Source: Escherichia coli 042
Lineage (GTDB): Bacteria; Pseudomonadota; Gammaproteobacteria; Enterobacterales; Enterobacteriaceae
Assembly: GCF_000027125.1 (NCBI RefSeq)
Contig: NC_017626.1
Length of the DNA: 64,000 bases
Direction: 5' to 3' (one strand)
A model generated the notes under the pieces. The model had not been told where the DNA came from and ran no database searches. It was given only the letters and a program-made list of their open reading frames with translations. Below, one piece after another: positions 1-11,408 of this stretch. The translations under genes were made by a program, and so were the position numbers. Position 1 is the stretch's first letter. Each line of letters opens with the position of its first letter.

Positions 1-1
1 G

Positions 2-259
<258 letters not shown>

Positions 260-312
260 TAACATCCAGGCGGCGTCCGAACGCGCCGCCGCTCATCGTC
301 TAAGGAGTACTT

Positions 313-537
313 ATGAGCGCGCTATTTCTGGCTATTCCGTTAACCATTTTTGTGCTGTTTGTTTTACCGATCTGGTTATGGCTGCATTACAGCAATCGTT
401 CTGGTCGCAGTGAATTGTCGCAAAGTGAGCAGCAGCGATTAGCGCAACTGGCTGATGAAGCAAAACGGATGCGCGAACGTATTCAGGCGCTGGAATCTAT
501 TCTTGATGCAGAACATCCGAACTGGAGGGATCGCTAA
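313..537 (+). CDS. pspB: Phage shock protein B
   Basis: 74 aa, MSALFLAIPLTIFVLFVLPIWLWLHY..., single TM; position after pspA. Confidence 0.9.
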   Translation: MSALFLAIPLTIFVLFVLPIWLWLHYSNRSGRSELSQSEQQRLAQLADEAKRMRERIQALESILDAEHPNWRDR

Positions 538-896
538 TGGCGGGCATTAATCTCAATAAAAAATTATGGCGTATTCCACAGCAGGGCATGGTCCGTGGCG
601 TCTGCGCCGGGATTGCCAACTATTTTGATGTACCAGTAAAACTGGTGCGTATCCTGGTGGTGCTGTCGATTTTCTTCGGTCTGGCGCTGTTTACCCTGGT
701 TGCTTACATCATTTTGTCATTTGCGCTTGATCCAATGCCGGACAACATGGCCTTTGGTGAGCAGCTACCTTCCAGCAGTGAATTGCTGGATGAAGTCGAC
801 CGTGAACTGGCGGCAAGTGAAACGCGTTTACGCGAGATGGAACGTTATGTCACTTCCGATACTTTCACGTTACGTAGCCGTTTCCGTCAACTGTGA
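537..896 (+). CDS. pspC: Phage shock protein C
   Basis: 119 aa, start overlaps pspB stop (ATGG/TAATG coupling); recognised PspC sequence. Confidence 0.9.
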
Positions 897-904
897 GGGA
901 AGTT

Positions 905-1126
905 ATGAATACTCGCTGGCAACAGGCCGGGCAAAAGGTGAAGCCTGGTTTCAAATTAGCAGGCAAGCTGGTACTTCTTACCGCACTGCGCTATGGCCCG
1001 GCGGGTGTAGCTGGCTGGGCGATAAAATCAGTTGCTCGCCGACCACTGAAAATGTTGCTGGCCGTGGCGCTGGAACCGCTGTTAAGCCGGGCAGCCAATA
1101 AACTGGCGCAGCGTTATAAAAGGTGA
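905..1126 (+). CDS. pspD: Phage shock protein D
   Basis: ATG at 905 gives [16 protein letters not shown]..., 73 aa; ORF track shows longer frame from 893. Confidence 0.85.
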
Positions 1127-1200
1127 GGGGAGTTTCGCAAAAATTGTTAAAGCTAAGGCATATTATGGATGGCAATTTTCATCCATAGAAGGACGCTTAC

Positions 1201-1515
1201 ATGTTTAAAAAAGGCTTACTTGCTCTGACACTGGTGTTTTCACTGCCCGTTTTCGCCGCTGAACACTGGATCGATGTTCGTGTTCCAGAGCAGTATCAGC
1301 AAGAGCACGTTCAGGGAGCCATCAATATTCCCCTGAAGGAAGTGAAAGAGCGCATTGCCACCGCCGTTCCGGATAAAAACGACACCGTGAAAGTGTATTG
1401 CAATGCCGGACGCCAGTCAGGGCAGGCAAAAGAGATCCTTAGCGAGATGGGATATACCCACGTTGAGAACGCCGGCGGCCTGAAAGACATCGCAATGCCG
1501 AAGGTCAAAGGTTAA
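1201..1515 (+). CDS. pspE: Thiosulfate sulfurtransferase (periplasmic rhodanese) PspE
   Basis: 104 aa with signal peptide and rhodanese active-site Cys (VYCNAGRQS). Confidence 0.9.
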   Translation: MFKKGLLALTLVFSLPVFAAEHWIDVRVPEQYQQEHVQGAINIPLKEVKERIATAVPDKNDTVKVYCNAGRQSGQAKEILSEMGYTHVENAGGLKDIAMPKVKG

Positions 1516-1633
1516 CAAATTACTTATTGAGCGGTGTAAACAACGCCGCTTATTCATTTGATAAATCAAAATTAACCCACATTATTATCTCCAGTATCTA
1601 ATCCTTTCTACAGCTTTCTGGCACAGGACAGCA

Positions 1634-3031
1634 ATGAAGCGACTTAAAAATGAACTCAATGCGCTGGTGAATCGGGGTGTCGACAGACATCTGCGCCTCG
1701 CTGTAACCGGACTTAGCCGCAGCGGCAAAACAGCGTTTATCACCGCGATGGTTAATCAGTTGCTCAATATTCATGCCGGAGCACGTTTGCCGCTTTTAAG
1801 TGCGGTGCGTGAAGAGCGCCTGCTGGGCGTAAAACGCATTCCCCAGCGTGACTTTGGCATTCCGCGCTTCACCTATGATGAAGGGCTGGCGCAGTTATAT
1901 GGCGATCCTCCCGCCTGGCCAACGCCAACGCGCGGCGTCAGTGAAATCCGCCTGGCGCTACGTTTTAAATCGAACGATTCGCTGCTACGCCACTTCAAGG
2001 ACACCTCCACGCTGTATCTGGAGATTGTGGATTATCCCGGCGAATGGCTGCTCGATCTGCCGATGCTGGCGCAGGACTATTTAAGCTGGTCGCGCCAGAT
2101 GACGGGCTTACTTAATGGTCAGCGCGGCGAATGGTCGGCGAAATGGCGAATGATGTGCGAAGGGCTGGATCCGCTAGCGCCTGCCGACGAAAACCGGCTG
2201 GCAGACATTGCCGCCGCGTGGACCGATTATCTCCACCACTGTAAACAGCAGGGGCTGCACTTTATTCAGCCTGGGCGCTTTGTCTTGCCGGGAGATATGG
2301 CAGGTGCGCCCGCGCTGCAATTCTTCCCGTGGCCGGATGTCGATGCCTGGGGTGAGTCCAAACTGGCGCAGGCCGATAAGCATACCAATGCCGGAATGCT
2401 GCGCGAGCGGTTTAATTATTACTGCGAGAAAGTGGTGAAGGGGTTCTATAAGAATCATTTTCTGCGCTTTGACCGCCAGATTGTGCTGGTGGATTGCCTG
2501 CAGCCTCTCAACAGTGGGCCACAGGCATTTAATGATATGCGTCTGGCGCTGACGCAGCTGATGCAAAGTTTCCACTACGGGCAGCGAACCCTGTTCCGGC
2601 GTTTGTTTTCGCCGGTTATCGATAAGCTATTGTTTGCTGCCACTAAAGCAGACCATGTGACCATCGATCAGCACGCCAATATGGTTTCATTACTGCAACA
2701 ACTAATTCAGGATGCCTGGCAAAATGCGGCGTTCGAAGGGATCAGCATGGACTGCCTGGGGCTGGCGTCAGTTCAGGCGACCACCAGCGGCATTATTGAT
2801 GTTAACGGTGAGAAAATCCCGGCGCTGCGCGGTAATCGACTCAGTGATGGCGCACCGCTCACTGTTTATCCTGGCGAAGTTCCCGCACGTTTGCCTGGTC
2901 AGGCGTTCTGGGATAAGCAAGGCTTCCAGTTTGAGGCGTTTCGTCCGCAGGTGATGGATGTCGACAAACCGCTGCCGCATATTCGTCTTGATGCTGCGCT
3001 GGAATTTTTAATAGGAGATAAATTGCGATGA
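1634..3031 (+). CDS. ycjX: YcjX family P-loop NTPase
   Basis: 465 aa, Walker A GLSRSGKT; synteny after psp operon. Confidence 0.85.
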   Translation: MKRLKNELNALVNRGVDRHLRLAVTGLSRSGKTAFITAMVNQLLNIHAGARLPLLSAVREERLLGVKRIPQRDFGIPRFTYDEGLAQLYGDPPAWPTPTRGVSEIRLALRFKSNDSLLRHFKDTSTLYLEIVDYPGEWLLDLPMLAQDYLSWSRQMTGLLNGQRGEWSAKWRMMCEGLDPLAPADENRLADIAAAWTDYLHHCKQQGLHFIQPGRFVLPGDMAGAPALQFFPWPDVDAWGESKLAQADKHTNAGMLRERFNYYCEKVVKGFYKNHFLRFDRQIVLVDCLQPLNSGPQAFNDMRLALTQLMQSFHYGQRTLFRRLFSPVIDKLLFAATKADHVTIDQHANMVSLLQQLIQDAWQNAAFEGISMDCLGLASVQATTSGIIDVNGEKIPALRGNRLSDGAPLTVYPGEVPARLPGQAFWDKQGFQFEAFRPQVMDVDKPLPHIRLDAALEFLIGDKLR

Positions 3032-4089
3032 CCGAACCGTTAAAACCACGTATTGATTTCGACGGTCCACTGGAGGTTGATCAGAATTCAAAATTCAGGG
3101 CGCAACAGACCTTTGACGAAAATCAGGCGCAAAATTTTGCCCCGGCCACGCTCGACGAAGCGCAGGAAGAAGAGGGGCAAGTTGAAGCGGTGATGGACGC
3201 AGCGTTACGTCCGAAACGCAGCCTGTGGCGCAAAATGGTGATGGGCGGGTTGGCTCTGTTTGGCGCAAGCGTTGTCGGGCAGGGCGTGCAGTGGACAATG
3301 AACGCCTGGCAAACTCAGGATTGGGTAGCGCTGGGTGGATGTGCCGCTGGGGCATTGATTATCGGCGCTGGCGTAGGTTCTGTGGTAACAGAGTGGCGGC
3401 GCTTATGGCGCTTGCGACAGCGCGCCCATGAACGCGACGAAGCGCGCGATTTGTTGCACAGTCACGGCACGGGTAAAGGCCGCGCATTTTGCGAAAAACT
3501 GGCGCAGCAGGCGGGCATCGACCAGTCGCATCCGGCACTGCAACGCTGGTATGCCTCAATCCATGAAACGCAGAACGATCGTGAAGTGGTCAGCCTGTAT
3601 GCTCATCTGGTCCAGCCGGTTTTAGATGCCCAGGCGCGGCGCGAAATCAGCCGTTCGGCAGCGGAATCAACGTTAATGATCGCCGTTAGCCCGCTGGCGC
3701 TGGTGGATATGGCATTTATCGCCTGGCGCAATCTGCGTTTGATCAATCGCATCGCCACGCTGTATGGCATTGAACTGGGATATTACAGCCGTTTGCGCCT
3801 GTTTAAGCTGGTATTGCTGAATATCGCTTTCGCCGGAGCCAGCGAATTGGTGCGCGAAGTGGGGATGGACTGGATGTCGCAAGATCTCGCTGCGCGTTTG
3901 TCTACCCGGGCAGCTCAGGGGATTGGTGCAGGACTTCTGACGGCACGACTGGGGATTAAAGCTATGGAGCTTTGCCGCCCTCTGCCGTGGATTGACGATG
4001 ACAAACCTCGCCTCGGGGATTTCCGTCGTCGGCTTATCGGTCAGGTGAAAGAGACGCTGCAAAAAGGCAAAACGCCCAGCGAAAAATAA
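3028..4089 (+). CDS. ycjF: YcjF family inner membrane protein (DUF697-like)
   Basis: 353 aa, 4-nt overlap with ycjX stop, hydrophobic segments. Confidence 0.85.
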   Translation: MTEPLKPRIDFDGPLEVDQNSKFRAQQTFDENQAQNFAPATLDEAQEEEGQVEAVMDAALRPKRSLWRKMVMGGLALFGASVVGQGVQWTMNAWQTQDWVALGGCAAGALIIGAGVGSVVTEWRRLWRLRQRAHERDEARDLLHSHGTGKGRAFCEKLAQQAGIDQSHPALQRWYASIHETQNDREVVSLYAHLVQPVLDAQARREISRSAAESTLMIAVSPLALVDMAFIAWRNLRLINRIATLYGIELGYYSRLRLFKLVLLNIAFAGASELVREVGMDWMSQDLAARLSTRAAQGIGAGLLTARLGIKAMELCRPLPWIDDDKPRLGDFRRRLIGQVKETLQKGKTPSEK

Positions 4090-4148
4090 TGCAATATCGG
4101 GTGCTGACCGGATATCTTTACGCCGAAGTGCCCGTTTTTCCGTCTTTG

Positions 4149-4166
4149 TGTCAATGATTGTTGACA
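4149..4166. promoter_or_regulatory. TyrR box (TGTCAA-N6-TTGACA) upstream of tyrR, likely autoregulatory operator
   Basis: Palindrome TGTCAATGATTGTTGACA matches TGTAAA-N6-TTTACA consensus, about 70 bp upstream of tyrR start. Confidence 0.5.
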
Positions 4167-4236
4167 GAAACCTTCCTGCTATCCAAATAGTGTCATATCA
4201 TCATATTAATTGTTCTTTTTTCAGGTGAAGGTTCCC

Positions 4237-5778
4237 ATGCGTCTGGAAGTCTTTTGTGAAGACCGACTCGGTCTGACCCGCGAATTACTCGATCTACTCG
4301 TGCTAAGAGGCATTGATTTACGCGGTATTGAGATTGACCCCATTGGGCGAATCTACCTCAATTTTGCTGAACTGGAGTTTGAGAGTTTCAGCAGTCTGAT
4401 GGCCGAAATACGCCGTATTGCAGGTGTTACCGATGTGCGTACTGTCCCGTGGATGCCTTCTGAACGTGAGCATCTGGCGTTGAGCGCGTTACTGGAAGCG
4501 TTGCCTGAACCTGTGCTCTCTGTCGATATGAAAAGCAAAGTGGATATGGCGAACCCGGCGAGCTGTCAGCTTTTTGGGCAAAAATTGGATCGCCTGCGCA
4601 ACCATACCGCCGCACAATTGATTAACGGCTTTAATTTTTTACGCTGGCTGGAAAGCGAACCGCAGGATTCCCATAACGAGCATGTCGTTATTAATGGACA
4701 GAATTTCCTGATGGAGATTACGCCTGTTTATCTTCAGGATGAAAATGATCAACACGTCCTGACCGGTGCGGTGGTGATGCTGCGATCAACGATTCGTATG
4801 GGCCGTCAGTTGCAAAATGTCGCCGCCCAGGACGTCAGCGCCTTTAGTCAAATTGTCGCCGTCAGCCCGAAAATGAAGCATGTTGTCGAACAGGCGCAGA
4901 AACTGGCGATGCTAAGCGCGCCGCTGCTGATAACCGGTGATACCGGCACCGGAAAAGATCTCTTTGCGTATGCCTGTCATCAGGCAAGCCCACGCGCGGG
5001 CAAACCCTATCTGGCGCTGAACTGTGCTTCTATCCCGGAAGATGCGGTCGAGAGTGAATTGTTTGGTCATGCCCCGGAAGGGAAGAAAGGGTTCTTTGAG
5101 CAGGCGAACGGTGGTTCGGTACTGCTGGATGAAATAGGTGAGATGTCACCACGGATGCAGGCGAAATTACTGCGTTTCCTTAATGATGGCACTTTCCGTC
5201 GGGTTGGCGAAGACCATGAGGTGCATGTCGATGTGCGGGTGATTTGCGCTACGCAGAAGAATCTTGTCGAACTGGTGCAAAAAGGCGTGTTCCGTGAAGA
5301 TCTCTATTATCGTCTGAACGTGTTGACGCTCAATCTGCCGCCGCTACGTGACTGTCCGCAGGACATCATGCCGTTAACCGAGCTGTTCGTCGCCCGCTTT
5401 GCCGACGAGCAGGGCGTGCCGCGTCCGAAACTGGCCGCTGACCTGAATACTGTACTTACGCGTTATGCGTGGCCGGGAAATGTGCGGCAGTTAAAGAACG
5501 CTATTTATCGCGCACTGACACAACTGGACGGTTATGAGCTGCGTCCACAGGATATTTTGTTACCGGATTATGACGCCGCAACGGTAGCCGTGGGCGAAGA
5601 TGCGATGGAAGGTTCGCTGGACGAAATCACCAGCCGTTTTGAACGCTCGGTATTAACCCAGCTTTATCGCAATTATCCCAGCACGCGCAAACTGGCAAAA
5701 CGCCTGGGCGTTTCGCATACCGCGATTGCCAATAAGTTGCGGGAATATGGTCTGAGTCAGAAGAAGAACGAAGAGTAA
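4237..5778 (+). CDS. tyrR: Transcriptional regulator TyrR (sigma54-type AAA+ domain, C-terminal HTH)
   Basis: ATG at 4237 gives MRLEVFCEDRLGLTRELLDLL..., 513 aa; GDTGTGK Walker A, GAFTGA-like region. Confidence 0.9.
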   Translation: MRLEVFCEDRLGLTRELLDLLVLRGIDLRGIEIDPIGRIYLNFAELEFESFSSLMAEIRRIAGVTDVRTVPWMPSEREHLALSALLEALPEPVLSVDMKSKVDMANPASCQLFGQKLDRLRNHTAAQLINGFNFLRWLESEPQDSHNEHVVINGQNFLMEITPVYLQDENDQHVLTGAVVMLRSTIRMGRQLQNVAAQDVSAFSQIVAVSPKMKHVVEQAQKLAMLSAPLLITGDTGTGKDLFAYACHQASPRAGKPYLALNCASIPEDAVESELFGHAPEGKKGFFEQANGGSVLLDEIGEMSPRMQAKLLRFLNDGTFRRVGEDHEVHVDVRVICATQKNLVELVQKGVFREDLYYRLNVLTLNLPPLRDCPQDIMPLTELFVARFADEQGVPRPKLAADLNTVLTRYAWPGNVRQLKNAIYRALTQLDGYELRPQDILLPDYDAATVAVGEDAMEGSLDEITSRFERSVLTQLYRNYPSTRKLAKRLGVSHTAIANKLREYGLSQKKNEE

Positions 5779-5783
5779 GCGCG

Positions 5784-5818
5784 AATATGCCTGATGGTGC
5801 AACACCATCAGGCATATT
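5784..5818. terminator. Bidirectional rho-independent terminator between convergent tyrR and tpx
   Basis: Perfect 15-bp inverted repeat AATATGCCTGATGGT / ACCATCAGGCATATT with 5-nt loop. Confidence 0.55.
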
Positions 5819-5821
5819 AAC

Positions 5822-6328
5822 TTATGCTTTCAGTACAGCCAGAGCTGCTTCGTAATCCGGCTCGGTGGTGATTTCATCCACCAGCTGGCTGAAAATCACA
5901 TTGTCATTTTCATCAATAACCACAACGGCACGCGCTGCCAGACCTTTCAGTGGGCCATCAGCAATTGCCACACCGTAGGCTTGCAGGAATTCAGCGTTAC
6001 GGAAAGTGGAGAGGGTGATAACGTTGTTCAGACCTTCTGCGCCGCAGAAACGAGACTGGGCGAACGGCAGATCGGCAGAGATACACAGCACAACGGTGTT
6101 GTCGATCTCGGTTGCCAGTTGGTTAAACTTACGTACTGATGCGGCGCAAACACCGGTATCAATACTCGGGAAAATGTTCAGCACTTTGCGTTTACCCGCA
6201 AACTGACCGAGGGTGACGTCAGACAGATCTTTTGCCACGAGAGTAAAAGTCTGCGCTTTGCTACCCGCCTGCGGGATGGAATTGGCGACTGTAACCGAGT
6301 TGCCCTGGAAATGAACGGTTTGTGACAT
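5822..6328 (-). CDS. tpx: Thiol peroxidase Tpx
   Basis: 168 aa, recognised Tpx sequence ([22 protein letters not shown]...). Confidence 0.9.
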   Translation of the reverse strand: MSQTVHFQGNSVTVANSIPQAGSKAQTFTLVAKDLSDVTLGQFAGKRKVLNIFPSIDTGVCAASVRKFNQLATEIDNTVVLCISADLPFAQSRFCGAEGLNNVITLSTFRNAEFLQAYGVAIADGPLKGLAARAVVVIDENDNVIFSQLVDEITTEPDYEAALAVLKA

Positions 6329-6436
6329 GATTATCTTTCCTGTTTACATATAGTTAACGTCACACCTAGTTTATGCTAACTGTCAATAACACAGCAAACG
6401 CTATTTGCGCTTAATCCGCAGACCACCGCGACAACA

Positions 6437-7386
<950 letters not shown>

Positions 7387-7412
<26 letters not shown>

Positions 7413-8115
7413 GATGCCAGCGCAGCAAGTTTGCCATCGCAAAGATATATTTTTCGCTGGCTTCGTCGGAGGAGATGGGCGGAAACTCTGCGGTGATGCA
7501 ATGCAGGTTGAGATCCGCACACCAACTACCGAAAGAGCCAGGCGTTTCATAACCGACGCTGGTTACCAGAGGCAATTCAAACGCCTGGGCCAGCCATTCA
7601 CCTAATTCGCTGTGTCTGGGATCTTCAATACAGGCCAGCGGATCGTGGAATGAGACCACCCAGGCAGGTTGAATGCGGTGTATAAGCTGGCACAGCGCCT
7701 GGGTTTCAGGTTCGGAGCCAGGTTTGTCACCTGTCAGCAATACGACATCACGTTCTTCAGCGGCGCTGTTCCAGCGATAAACGGTTTCACCTTCCTTCCA
7801 GTTCGCCGCCGGAAAGTTTCTGTTTAAATCCACACCATTAGCATTGGCCCGTAACCCCAACTGGCAGCCGTCAGGATTCACACACAGCACCACATGATGA
7901 CGGCGCAAAGAAGGTGTCAACGTCCGCAGAGCACAGGAGAGCGTGACGACCGAAGAGTTTTCATCACCGTGAGTGCCAGCCAGAATCAAACCACTTTCGC
8001 GGCTGGCTGCAGGGGCAGGAAACCAGATTAACGGCGCGCCCAATAATGAACGTCCGTAATGTTCTGTTCCGGGCGGAAATGCGCCGCGTTCGGCGCGTGG
8101 GCGAGTTACGGTCAT
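7387..8115 (-). CDS. mpaA: Murein peptide amidase A (gamma-D-Glu-Dap amidase)
   Basis: Start taken at internal Met (MTVTRPRAERGAF..., 242 aa); zinc carboxypeptidase-like HGDE motif; convergent overlap with ycjG 3' end. Confidence 0.85.
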
Positions 8116-8405
8116 GATCGTCTCTGGTTCAGGAAGTATTACAGGCAGTGTTGTGCAAATTTTGCGGATTATCAAATCCTTTTCTTCAACGCTATGTCAT
8201 CGATCTTGTATCACTTTTTTGCCGGAAGTTGTTTGCATTTTCATTGATGTGCAGATATTAGAATTGTCGTAATGTTATATACATGGCGTATTTTATTCTT
8301 ACTGGTTCTACACATGTTAATCGCATCTGATTGATCAGTTCACCTTAATAAGTTTAATAAATCGTACTGCACATAGTACAGTACGATGGTAGCTATATAA
8401 TTGAT

Positions 8406-9044
8406 TTACATGAAGAATGGCTTATCGCCATCAGTCCCGGGTTGATTGATGCCTATATTCTCACCAATGTGTTTCTCAGGTTTATCGATGATATCTGTAA
8501 TTAATGCTGCGACACTCTTACGTGATACGATCGTACCTTTGAATGGTTCATTGCGTGAGGTAAGCTCATAATCAATAATATCTTCATCAGTCAGCCAGGC
8601 AGGGCGAAGAATTGTATATTCCAGTCCAGAAGCCTCAATTGCATCCGCAGCCCTGCGGAATGGTTTTAGGGGCTCACCAATAACTGCATTATTCCATTCG
8701 CCAAATTTTCCTGGAACTTCATCATAAATACCGAGGGAAAGAACAAAGATCAGACGTTTAACATCACAGGCTTTCATCGCAGCGATCACTGAATTTGCCT
8801 GAATATCTAAATCTTCCCCCGTAAGGTTGGCATACACAACATCCTGTCCCTGCATGGCCTGCTTCAGTGCTGCATGATTCAGTACATCCCCCATAATAAT
8901 CTTGCTATTAGTTGGATAGGGTTTGTGGATTTTTGCTGGCTGACGGGCAAATAAAGTTTGTTTAATGGTTTGTTTATCTGCCAGTTGATTAATCACATGG
9001 CGGGCTATCTGACCGCCAGCACCAAGAATCAGTACATTTTTCAT
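8406..9044 (-). CDS. NAD(P)-binding oxidoreductase, NmrA/atypical-SDR-like, apparently intact (K-12 carries only ymjC/ymjD remnants here, from memory)
   Basis: 212 aa, N-terminal Rossmann motif ILGAGGQIARHV. Confidence 0.6.
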   Translation of the reverse strand: MKNVLILGAGGQIARHVINQLADKQTIKQTLFARQPAKIHKPYPTNSKIIMGDVLNHAALKQAMQGQDVVYANLTGEDLDIQANSVIAAMKACDVKRLIFVLSLGIYDEVPGKFGEWNNAVIGEPLKPFRRAADAIEASGLEYTILRPAWLTDEDIIDYELTSRNEPFKGTIVSRKSVAALITDIIDKPEKHIGENIGINQPGTDGDKPFFM

Positions 9045-9114
9045 GAAACTTTTCCCAGATTATTGGCAGCAATATGCCAGGCCATATCACTATTACGGAT
9101 TTGAATATGTTTCA

Positions 9115-10035
9115 TTACAGAGTTTCCTCAAAGAACGGCGCTAATACTGAAATTGCTTCAGCCACATAGACTTTGCCGTCATAAAGAACCATATGGTTTG
9201 CGCCTTCAACAATGTGATAGCGTTTATCCTGGCTTGATGCTCGATCGTACAGGTCGTCACTCATCCATTTGCTCCCTGCCTGGCTGCCCGCCACAATCTG
9301 TATCGGCTGAGTCAGGTACACTTCCGCCATATGGTAAGCATCATAGGTAATAATCTGGTTAAGGCTGCGCAAAGTAGCGTAACCCGGTGCTGTTGGATAC
9401 TGCGCGCGAGGGGTGTGGTAATACTCCCAGGCCTGACGCAGTTCTTCGTTCGGCGCATCGGACTCCTTCATTGGTGCCAGTGGCATGGTGGCGTATTCTC
9501 CGCTGCTAATATCGCTGGTTCGGGCGTTTGAACCCGCGTCAACGTATGGTAGGGCATCAATAGATTTCACATTGTTTTCCCAACCATTACGGAACATCGA
9601 ACCAATATTGACCGCACTAACAGTACCGATGGCCTTGATGCGGCGATCCTGAATTGCAGCATTGGCTGTATATCCTGCACCGGCACAAATTCCCATCGCA
9701 CCAATTCGGCTATTGTCGACATAAGAAAGCGTTGTCAGATAATCAATCACGGCACTGACGTCTTCAGTACGAATGTATGGGTTTTCTAACTGACGCGGCT
9801 CGCCGCCGCTTTCACCTTGATAAGATGCGTCATAAGCAATAGTGACAAATCCCTTTTCCGCCAGTTTTTCGGCATAGGTTCCAGCCGTTTGCTCTTTAAC
9901 GCCCCCACCTGGGTGAGATACCACAATTGCCGGATACTGACGGGTTTCATCAAATTTTGGAGGGAAATAGATCACTGCAGACAAAGAGATGGTTGGATTA
10001 TTGCTGTTAGTGAAGCTGACTTTATTATTCATCAT
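9115..10035 (-). CDS. ycjY: Alpha/beta hydrolase family protein YcjY
   Basis: 306 aa from MMNNKVSF...; hydrolase-type GxCxG nucleophile elbow (GICAGAG). Confidence 0.8.
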   Translation of the reverse strand: MMNNKVSFTNSNNPTISLSAVIYFPPKFDETRQYPAIVVSHPGGGVKEQTAGTYAEKLAEKGFVTIAYDASYQGESGGEPRQLENPYIRTEDVSAVIDYLTTLSYVDNSRIGAMGICAGAGYTANAAIQDRRIKAIGTVSAVNIGSMFRNGWENNVKSIDALPYVDAGSNARTSDISSGEYATMPLAPMKESDAPNEELRQAWEYYHTPRAQYPTAPGYATLRSLNQIITYDAYHMAEVYLTQPIQIVAGSQAGSKWMSDDLYDRASSQDKRYHIVEGANHMVLYDGKVYVAEAISVLAPFFEETL

Positions 10036-10172
10036 TCCGTTCCTCATGGAGTTGTCGGTTCGTTTTAACGGTTGGTGATATCACTATAGATATTGATCAT
10101 TAAGTTGATTAGACCCAAAATCATGATTAGACCTATCATTTAAATGATTAATAGATTGTATGGAGATACTGA

Positions 10173-11072
10173 ATGAAGCGTGAAGAAATCGCTGATCTGA
10201 TGGCGTTTGTCGTCGTTGCAGAGGAGCGTAGCTTCACTCGCGCAGCAGCCCGCCTGAGCATGGCGCAGTCAGCTTTAAGCCAGATAGTGCGCCGTATAGA
10301 AGAACGATTGGGATTGCGGCTTCTGACACGAACCACGCGCAGCGTTGTACCCACTGAAGCGGGCGAGCATCTTTTGTCTGTTCTTGGCCCTATGTTGCAT
10401 GACATAGATTCTGCCCTGACATCCCTGAGCGATCTGCAGAACCGCCCATCCGGGACAATACGTATTACTACTGTAGAACATGCAGCAAAAACGATATTGT
10501 TACCAGCTATGCGCACATTCCTGAAATCGCATCCTGAAATTGATATCCAGCTTACCATTGATTATGGTTTGACCGATGTCGTTTCTGAACGTTTTGATGC
10601 AGGCGTCCGTCTGGGTGGGGAGATGGATAAAGATATGATCGCCATTCGAATCGGGCCAGATATACCAATGGCTATTGTTGGCTCACCGGATTATTTTTCT
10701 CGTCGAAGTGCTCCAACGTCAGTGTCACAATTAATAGATCATCAGGCAATTAATTTGTATCTTCCCACATCGGGTACAGCAAATCGCTGGAGATTAATAC
10801 GCGGTGGACGTGAAGTTCGTGTTCGCATGGAAGGTCAGCTTTTACTGAATACGATAGACCTGATCATTGATGCTGCAATTGATGGGCATGGATTGGCGTA
10901 TCTACCTTATGATCAGGTTGAGCGGGCTATTAAAGAAAAAAAACTGATACGTGTTTTGGATAAATTCACACCAGATTTACCCGGTTATCACCTGTACTAT
11001 CCACACCGTCGACATGCTGGCTCGGCATTCTCATTATTTATAGATAGGCTGAAGTATAAAGGTGCTGTTTAG
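10173..11072 (+). CDS. ycjZ: LysR-family transcriptional regulator
   Basis: 299 aa, N-terminal HTH (FTRAAARLSMAQSALSQ), divergent from ycjY. Confidence 0.85.
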   Translation: MKREEIADLMAFVVVAEERSFTRAAARLSMAQSALSQIVRRIEERLGLRLLTRTTRSVVPTEAGEHLLSVLGPMLHDIDSALTSLSDLQNRPSGTIRITTVEHAAKTILLPAMRTFLKSHPEIDIQLTIDYGLTDVVSERFDAGVRLGGEMDKDMIAIRIGPDIPMAIVGSPDYFSRRSAPTSVSQLIDHQAINLYLPTSGTANRWRLIRGGREVRVRMEGQLLLNTIDLIIDAAIDGHGLAYLPYDQVERAIKEKKLIRVLDKFTPDLPGYHLYYPHRRHAGSAFSLFIDRLKYKGAV

Positions 11073-11408
11073 CACTACTTGCTGATACATTAATTTAATT
11101 CTTCTCTTAACGTATTCTCAGTTCCTTTCAACGTTTTGGTCATTTTTTATTCTTCGTACAATGGCGACAGATGCTGATTATGATACCGAAAACGGGTTTG
11201 AACGTGCGAAGCCCGAACGTAGTGTTCGGAGTTCTATGTGCTTTACCGCATTTTGGAGACTATTATTTACACTAAATCTGATTTGATATATTGATACTTA
11301 AAACATTTGATGCTTCCTTTGTCACTTTTTTGATGGAAGTTGTTTGCATTTCTTTAAGGCGAAACAAATAATTACGCATCAATTTTAATGTCGGTTAGAG
11401 GGAAACTT

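Noticed and set aside
700-1101. 133-aa plus-strand ORF spanning pspC and pspD in an alternative frame
   Set aside because: Overlaps two recognised psp genes out of frame and has no RBS or motif support.
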